A DNA stretch of 53,095 nt from Acetobacteraceae bacterium (GTDB lineage Bacteria; Pseudomonadota; Alphaproteobacteria; Acetobacterales; Acetobacteraceae): contig DATKFJ010000097.1 in assembly GCA_035511435.1 (NCBI GenBank), forward strand, positions 1-53,095. Reading direction: 5' to 3'. The stretch's first letter is position 1; each line of letters starts with the position of its first letter. The notes beneath the pieces are model-generated. The model searched no databases. It was given only the letters and a program-made list of their open reading frames with translations, and was not told the origin of the DNA. The position numbers and the translations under genes are program-made. Positions 48,704-53,095 of the stretch are shown piece by piece.

Positions 48704-48764
48704 GCGAGGTTCCACTGCGAAGCTTACGGTGGCATCCTGCGTCTCCCCAGGCAAGGATCCCGCT

Positions 48765-49688
48765 GTGCCGATCCCGATCATTCTGGACTGCGATCCTGGC
48801 ACCGACGATGCGTTCGCTTTGCTCCTTGCACTGGCATCACCCGAGATCGAACTGCTTGCGGTCACCGTCGCTGGCGGCAATGTCGGGCTCGATCGCACAC
48901 TGCCCAATGCGCTGGCCCTGGTCGCACTCGCTGGCGCGAACGTGCCGGTCTTCGCAGGCGCCAACCGGCCGCTGCTAGGCGCGTTCGTCAGCGAGACACG
49001 TGTCCACGGCGTTGATGGCCTTGGCGGCATCGCCCTCCCGCAAGTCGGCAAGCCCGCGGACGGCGTCGCCGCCGATGCAATCCGGACCATCCTGCGCGAC
49101 GCCGCGCGACCGGTCACGCTGGTCGGCATTGCGCCTGCCACCAATTTCGCGCTCACCCTGATGACCGAGCCGGCACTGACAGCAAAAATCGAACGGATCG
49201 TGCTGATGACCGGCGCCTGGGGCGAAGGCAATGCAACTCCGGGAGCCGAATTCAACGCGATCAACGACCCGGAGGCACTTGCCGTCCTGCTCGCCAGCGG
49301 GCGTCCCGTCGTGCTGGCGACATTGGAACTGACGGCGCAGGCGCTGTGCACGCCGGCACATCTGGCGCACTGGCGCGCAACTGGTACCGGCCGTTGCCTG
49401 CGCACTCTGTGCGACATTCAGGCAACCGTACCGCTTGGCCCGCGTTTCGCCGGTGCCGGCGCGGCGCTGCACGATCCCTGTGCCGTCGCCTGGCTGATCC
49501 GTCCCGATCTGTTCACGACGCGCGACTGTGCCGCACGCGTTGATCTTGGTCCCGGCCCGAGCCGCGGACGCACCGTCATAGATCGCTGGCGCCGCACCGG
49601 CGCGCCGGCCAACGTAACCATACTGGAGACGCTGGACGCAGTTGGATTCTTCGAATTACTCCGCGACCGACTCGCAGAGTTATGTTGA
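48765..49688 (+). CDS. nucleoside hydrolase (IUNH family)
   Basis: The GTG at 48765 sits behind AAGGA and gives VPIPIILDCDPGTDDAFALLLA (DxDxxxDD motif). Later motifs are ...NAINDPEA... and HDPCAV. The track start at 48624 is probably an over-extension. Confidence 0.87.
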   Translation: MPIPIILDCDPGTDDAFALLLALASPEIELLAVTVAGGNVGLDRTLPNALALVALAGANVPVFAGANRPLLGAFVSETRVHGVDGLGGIALPQVGKPADGVAADAIRTILRDAARPVTLVGIAPATNFALTLMTEPALTAKIERIVLMTGAWGEGNATPGAEFNAINDPEALAVLLASGRPVVLATLELTAQALCTPAHLAHWRATGTGRCLRTLCDIQATVPLGPRFAGAGAALHDPCAVAWLIRPDLFTTRDCAARVDLGPGPSRGRTVIDRWRRTGAPANVTILETLDAVGFFELLRDRLAELC

Positions 49689-49782
49689 CCGCGTCCATCA
49701 CACTCGTCGCCGCTTGCGGCGGAGGTTTGGGGTGCCGGCCACCCCATGGCACTGTCCTGGCCATTTCGTAACGGAGAGCACC

Positions 49783-50913
49783 ATGGATCCGAACGCCCTT
49801 CCCTTCGACGCCGACGCTATGCTGGACGGATTGCGCACCTGGGTTGAATGCGAAAGTCCCACCTGGGACGCCGCCGCGGTAAACCGCATGATGGATATTG
49901 CGTCACGCGAATTGGTGATCGCCGGTGCGCGGATCGAACGCGTCGCCGGGCGCATGAGCTTCGGCGATTGCGTTCGCGCCACGTTTCCCCATCCGACGCC
50001 GAACGCGCCGGGCATACTGGTGATGGGCCATCTCGATACGGTGCATCCGATCGGCACATTGGAACACTTGTCATTCCGCCGAGAGAACGGCCGCGCCTGG
50101 GGCCCCGGGATCCAGGACATGAAGGGCGGCAATTACATGGCGCTGGAAGCCATCCGCCAACTCGCGCGCGCTGGCCAACAAACGAAATTGCCGATCACCT
50201 ACCTGCTGACCAGCGATGAAGAAGTCGGCAGCCCATCGACGCGCGACCTGATCGAGGCAGAGGCATCACGCCATCGTTTCGTTCTTGTGCCGGAACCCGC
50301 GCGCCCCGATGGTGGCGTGGTGACGGGCCGCTACGCCATCGCACGCTTCAATCTGGAAGCCACCGGCCGCCCGAGCCACGCCGGCGCGCGCCCGGGCGAA
50401 GGTCGTTCCGCAATCCGGGAAATGGCGCGCAAGCTGATCGAGATCGAGGATATGACTACCGAGGACTGCACCTTCTCTGTCGGCGTGATCCGTGGCGGGC
50501 AGTGGGTGAACTGCGTCGCCACCACCTGTAGCGGCGAGGCGCTCTCCATGGCGAAGCGGCAGGAGGACCTCGATCGCGGGGTGACAAACATGCTGGCACT
50601 GTCTGCATCGTCCAATGATGTGCAGTTCAAGGTGACGCGCGGGGTGACGAGACCAGTGTGGGAAGCGAACGGCAAGGTGGCGGCACTTTATGAAACCGCG
50701 CGTGGCATCGCTCGCGACCTCGGCTACGACATTCCGGCGCAAAGTTCGGGCGGTGGTTCAGACGGTAATTTCACAGGCGCGATGGGGATCGCAACACTGG
50801 ATGGACTTGGCGTGCAGGGCGCTGGCGCCCACACGCTCGACGAACATATCATCGTGGATAGCCTGGCCTATCGCGGCAAGCTGATGGCCGGCCTGCTCGC
50901 CGCGTTGGGCTGA
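49783..50913 (+). CDS. M20-family carboxypeptidase (glutamate carboxypeptidase/CPG2-like)
   Basis: ATG at 49783 sits behind GGAGAG. Motifs: VMGHLDTVHP, GPGIQDMKGG, LTSDEEVGSP and GGGSDGNF. Confidence 0.87.
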   Translation: MDPNALPFDADAMLDGLRTWVECESPTWDAAAVNRMMDIASRELVIAGARIERVAGRMSFGDCVRATFPHPTPNAPGILVMGHLDTVHPIGTLEHLSFRRENGRAWGPGIQDMKGGNYMALEAIRQLARAGQQTKLPITYLLTSDEEVGSPSTRDLIEAEASRHRFVLVPEPARPDGGVVTGRYAIARFNLEATGRPSHAGARPGEGRSAIREMARKLIEIEDMTTEDCTFSVGVIRGGQWVNCVATTCSGEALSMAKRQEDLDRGVTNMLALSASSNDVQFKVTRGVTRPVWEANGKVAALYETARGIARDLGYDIPAQSSGGGSDGNFTGAMGIATLDGLGVQGAGAHTLDEHIIVDSLAYRGKLMAGLLAALG

Positions 50914-50915
50914 AC

Positions 50916-51599
50916 ATGGCGCTCACCAATCGTGGTGTATTGCGCTGGTGCTGGCTGGTCGTCCGTGGACGGCCACGACTGTTCATCGGTCTGCTGTGCG
51001 GTCTCATAGCGGCGCCGTTGCTGCCGGAGGGTATCAAAGGAGCGACGCGTGCCATTCTGGCGTGGGATTTCGGTGTCATCGTCTACCTGGCGGGATCTGC
51101 TTACCTGTTCACCAGCGAACGGCTGGACCACATGGCAGCAGACGCCGCCGCACAGGAGGAGGGTGAGTGGACGATATTCTGGCTTACGGTTGCGGTCGTG
51201 GCGATCAGTCTTGCCGCTATCATCGGTGAGTTCGCCAATACGAACAACATGCCCCGGGCGCAGCGGAATCTGCATGTTATCCTGGTCGCGGTAACGCTGT
51301 TCGTCTCCTGGCTGATGACCCACACCAGCTTTGCTTTCCGTTACGCACATGAATTCTACGAAACCGATCCGTCGGGCACGGACATTACTCGTGGGTTGGA
51401 GTTCCCCGGCGAGAAACGACCCGATTATCTGGATTTTATGTACTTCTCATTGGTGCTGGGAATGACGTTTCAGGTGTCCGACGTACAGATCACCGCACGG
51501 AAATTTCGCCGTCTGGCGGCCGTCCATGGGCTGCTGAGCTTCCTGTTCAACACGATCATTCTGGCATTGACGGTCAACATCGCAGCCGGGCTGCTGTAG
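50916..51599 (+). CDS. DUF1345-family membrane protein
   Basis: Four to five TM segments with the conserved FAFRYAHEFY...LEFPGEKRPDYLDFMYFSLVLGMTFQVSDVQI block. It starts 2 nt after the previous stop. Confidence 0.8.
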   Translation: MALTNRGVLRWCWLVVRGRPRLFIGLLCGLIAAPLLPEGIKGATRAILAWDFGVIVYLAGSAYLFTSERLDHMAADAAAQEEGEWTIFWLTVAVVAISLAAIIGEFANTNNMPRAQRNLHVILVAVTLFVSWLMTHTSFAFRYAHEFYETDPSGTDITRGLEFPGEKRPDYLDFMYFSLVLGMTFQVSDVQITARKFRRLAAVHGLLSFLFNTIILALTVNIAAGLL

Positions 51600-51662
51600 T
51601 GGTGCGATAGCAAACGACCAATTGCCGGGGCGAGCCGATCACGACGCAGGAGAACCGATACA

Positions 51663-52088
51663 ATGCTCTCAGCCGAACAGAAGGATTTCGTAGCAGCACA
51701 GCGGATCGGGCGCCTGGCAACCGCGGACGCGCTCGGTAATCCGCACGTTGTGCCGGTCTGCTTCGCCATATCCGATGACGCACTGTACATCACCATCGAC
51801 GAGAAGCCGAAGCGCGCAACGGATAGGCCGCTCAAGCGGCTGCGCAACATGATGGATAATCCATCCACTGCGTTCGTCGCTGACCGCTACGACGAAGACT
51901 GGACCCAACTCGGCTGGGTGATGCTGCGCGGACACGCTGAAATCCTGGCCGTCGGAAGCGAGCATGACCGCGCACAAACGCTACTGCGCGAACGATATCC
52001 GCAATATCGCGTCATGCGGTTGGCAGAGCTGCCGGTGATAGCGCTTCGTATCGGTCGTGTCACGAGTTGGGGCAATCTCGCGGTTTGA
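51663..52088 (+). CDS. PPOX-class (pyridoxamine-5'-phosphate-oxidase-fold) protein, resembling the probable F420-dependent Rv0121-type subfamily
   Basis: ...RIGRLATADALGNPHVVPVCFA...ITIDEKPKR...LKRLRNMMDNP...ADRYDEDWTQLGWVMLRGHAEIL...LRERYPQYR... The subfamily call is from memory of the motif pattern. Confidence 0.8.
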   Translation: MLSAEQKDFVAAQRIGRLATADALGNPHVVPVCFAISDDALYITIDEKPKRATDRPLKRLRNMMDNPSTAFVADRYDEDWTQLGWVMLRGHAEILAVGSEHDRAQTLLRERYPQYRVMRLAELPVIALRIGRVTSWGNLAV

Positions 52089-52097
52089 TCATTCCTT

Positions 52098-52210
52098 GTC
52101 ATTGCGAGAAGCCAAGCGGCGCGGCAATCTCCTGACCGTGCGCGGCGGGGCGGGACATTACCGCGCATGCCCTCGGGCATGACCCCAGGGTTCGCGTCGC
52201 TACTCGCGTG
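52098..52210. repeat. REP-like structured intergenic element ('gtcattgcgag' type)
   Basis: Starts with gtcattgcgagaagccaagcggcgcggcaatctcc. Long-range arms are TGCGAGAAGC (52103-12) and GCTACTCGCG (52199-208), matching 8 of 10. The central perfect hairpin is CATGCCC-tc-GGGCATG (52166-81). Confidence 0.5.
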
Positions 52211-52236
52211 GACAATGTGGGCGGGAAGGAAACAAC

Positions 52237-53025
52237 ATGGACCTGAACCTCAGCGGCAAAGTTGCGCTGATCACCGGCGCCAGCCGCGGCATCGGTGCGT
52301 CGATCGCAGCCGAACTGGCACGGGAAGGCGTGCATGTCTGTCTGGCCGCGCGCGATAAGGCAAAACTCGATGAAGTCGCCAGCGCCATCGCCGCCGTCTC
52401 ACGCAACAACCGGACTGCAGTCATCGCCGGCGATCTGCGCGATCCCGCCGCGGGCAAGACGGCCGTCGATGCGGCGATCGCGACGTTCGGGCGGCTGGAT
52501 ATCCTGGTCAACAATGCCGGCGCCACCAAGCGCGCCGACTTCTTCACGCTCACCGAGGACGACTGGCAGGACGGTTTCGCACTTAAGTTCCACGGCTACG
52601 TGCGCACGACCCGCGCCGCATGGCCCCATCTGCGCGAGAAGAACGGCTGCATCGTCAACATCGTTGGCATAGGCTCGCGCGCGGGTTCAGCCGAGTTCAC
52701 CATCGGTGGTTCGGTCAACGTCGCACTGCTGAACTTCACCAAGGCGATGGCCGATATCGGTGTCAACGATGGCGTGCGGGTCAATGCGATCAATCCCGGC
52801 CTGATAGAAACTGAACGCTTCGGCCGCAACATCGAACGCGTGTCCCGCGACAAGGGGTTCGATCGCGAGCAGGCAATCAGCTACCTGCTGTCCTCCCACG
52901 GTACGACGCGAGTCGGGCGGCCGGAGGAGATCGGCTGGCTCACTGCTTATCTCGCGTCGGACAAGGCAGACTTCATCCAGGGTTGCGTCATCGACATCGA
53001 CGGCGGCGCGACACGTTCGCTGTAA
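52237..53025 (+). CDS. SDR-family oxidoreductase
   Basis: TGASRGIG, NNAG, and a Ser ... Lys catalytic region. 262 aa. Confidence 0.9.
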   Translation: MDLNLSGKVALITGASRGIGASIAAELAREGVHVCLAARDKAKLDEVASAIAAVSRNNRTAVIAGDLRDPAAGKTAVDAAIATFGRLDILVNNAGATKRADFFTLTEDDWQDGFALKFHGYVRTTRAAWPHLREKNGCIVNIVGIGSRAGSAEFTIGGSVNVALLNFTKAMADIGVNDGVRVNAINPGLIETERFGRNIERVSRDKGFDREQAISYLLSSHGTTRVGRPEEIGWLTAYLASDKADFIQGCVIDIDGGATRSL

Positions 53026-53039
53026 GGAGCAAGCAGTCA

Positions 53040-53095
53040 TGGCCAACGCCTTCGTCAGTACAGCAGGCGAGGTAACATCGCGCCTGACAGATTAC
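53040..53095 (+). CDS. hypothetical protein, first 18 codons only (continues past the right edge)
   Basis: TAAGGAG lies 8 nt before the ATG at 53040. The product starts MANAFVSTAGEVTSRLTDY... It is 14 nt after the SDR stop, so probably in the same operon. Confidence 0.4.

Noticed and set aside
48701-48704. Interlocked divergent start codons (CATG) for the YkgJ-like gene and the nucleoside hydrolase
   Set aside because: The hydrolase's conserved DxDxxxDD motif begins only about 25 codons after the ATG at 48702, and a GTG at 48765 with a proper AAGGA SD gives the usual N-terminus. The interlocked arrangement is therefore possible but not the preferred model.
26693-53095. Selenocysteine recoding (in-frame TGA with SECIS) in genes near selD
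   Set aside because: All supported CDSs in the window are open without needing TGA read-through. The only broken frames use TAG/TAA (33169-33574, 16240, 43211), so no selenoprotein candidate can be supported here.

Overview
This is a 53.1-kb, high-GC chromosomal segment. The protein sequences and intergenic repeat types look alphaproteobacterial, closest to Bradyrhizobiaceae/Nitrobacteraceae; that is an inference from memory, since no search was possible. I support about 45 genes, mostly housekeeping, uptake and catabolism. In order along the window they are:
- a stand-alone groEL with a CIRCE-like operator, divergent from a stand-alone lpxD
- cspA followed by three tiny ORFs, one of them missed by the ORF track
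- an MBL-fold hydrolase
- a complete Dpp/Opp-type ABC importer (Tat-signal binding protein, two permeases, one fused double ATPase) followed by a TauD/TfdA dioxygenase
- two divergent MFS transporters
- a 2.8-kb decayed accessory patch abutting the 3' end of tRNA-Arg(UCU), made of hairpin-rich non-coding DNA, a Zn-ribbon ORF and a dead IS256-family element
- parE
- a lipoprotein plus small helical protein pair of unknown function
- a VOC/extradiol-dioxygenase-like gene
- a second Dpp-like importer with no ATPase gene
- a Cys-type SelD fused to an FAD/NAD(P) oxidoreductase domain, preceded by six consecutive short GC hairpins
- an orphan LivJ-type binding protein
- tartrate dehydrogenase plus a flavin monooxygenase
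- a NodT-family outer-membrane factor plus a beta-barrel protein
- an amidohydrolase
- a CBS/BON plus DUF2182 pair
- an M20 peptidase plus an amidase
- a decayed emrAB-type efflux locus
- a 9-kb mixed catabolic cluster (LLM oxidoreductase, NHL-repeat protein, MmgE/PrpD, two SDRs, a YkgJ-like Cys-cluster protein, nucleoside hydrolase, M20 carboxypeptidase, DUF1345, PPOX-class enzyme)

I saw no CRISPR array, rRNA, prophage, or recognisable defence or secretion system. Nothing here can be shown from sequence alone to be a new system. The best leads are the orphan oxidoreductase-SelD fusion with its hairpin array, the family-less lipoprotein/helical-protein cassette, the tRNA-Arg-linked scar with a strong orphan terminator, and the YkgJ-like Cys-cluster gene. 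All family names come from motif recognition by eye. Start codons were refined from Shine-Dalgarno spacing and are less certain than stop codons.
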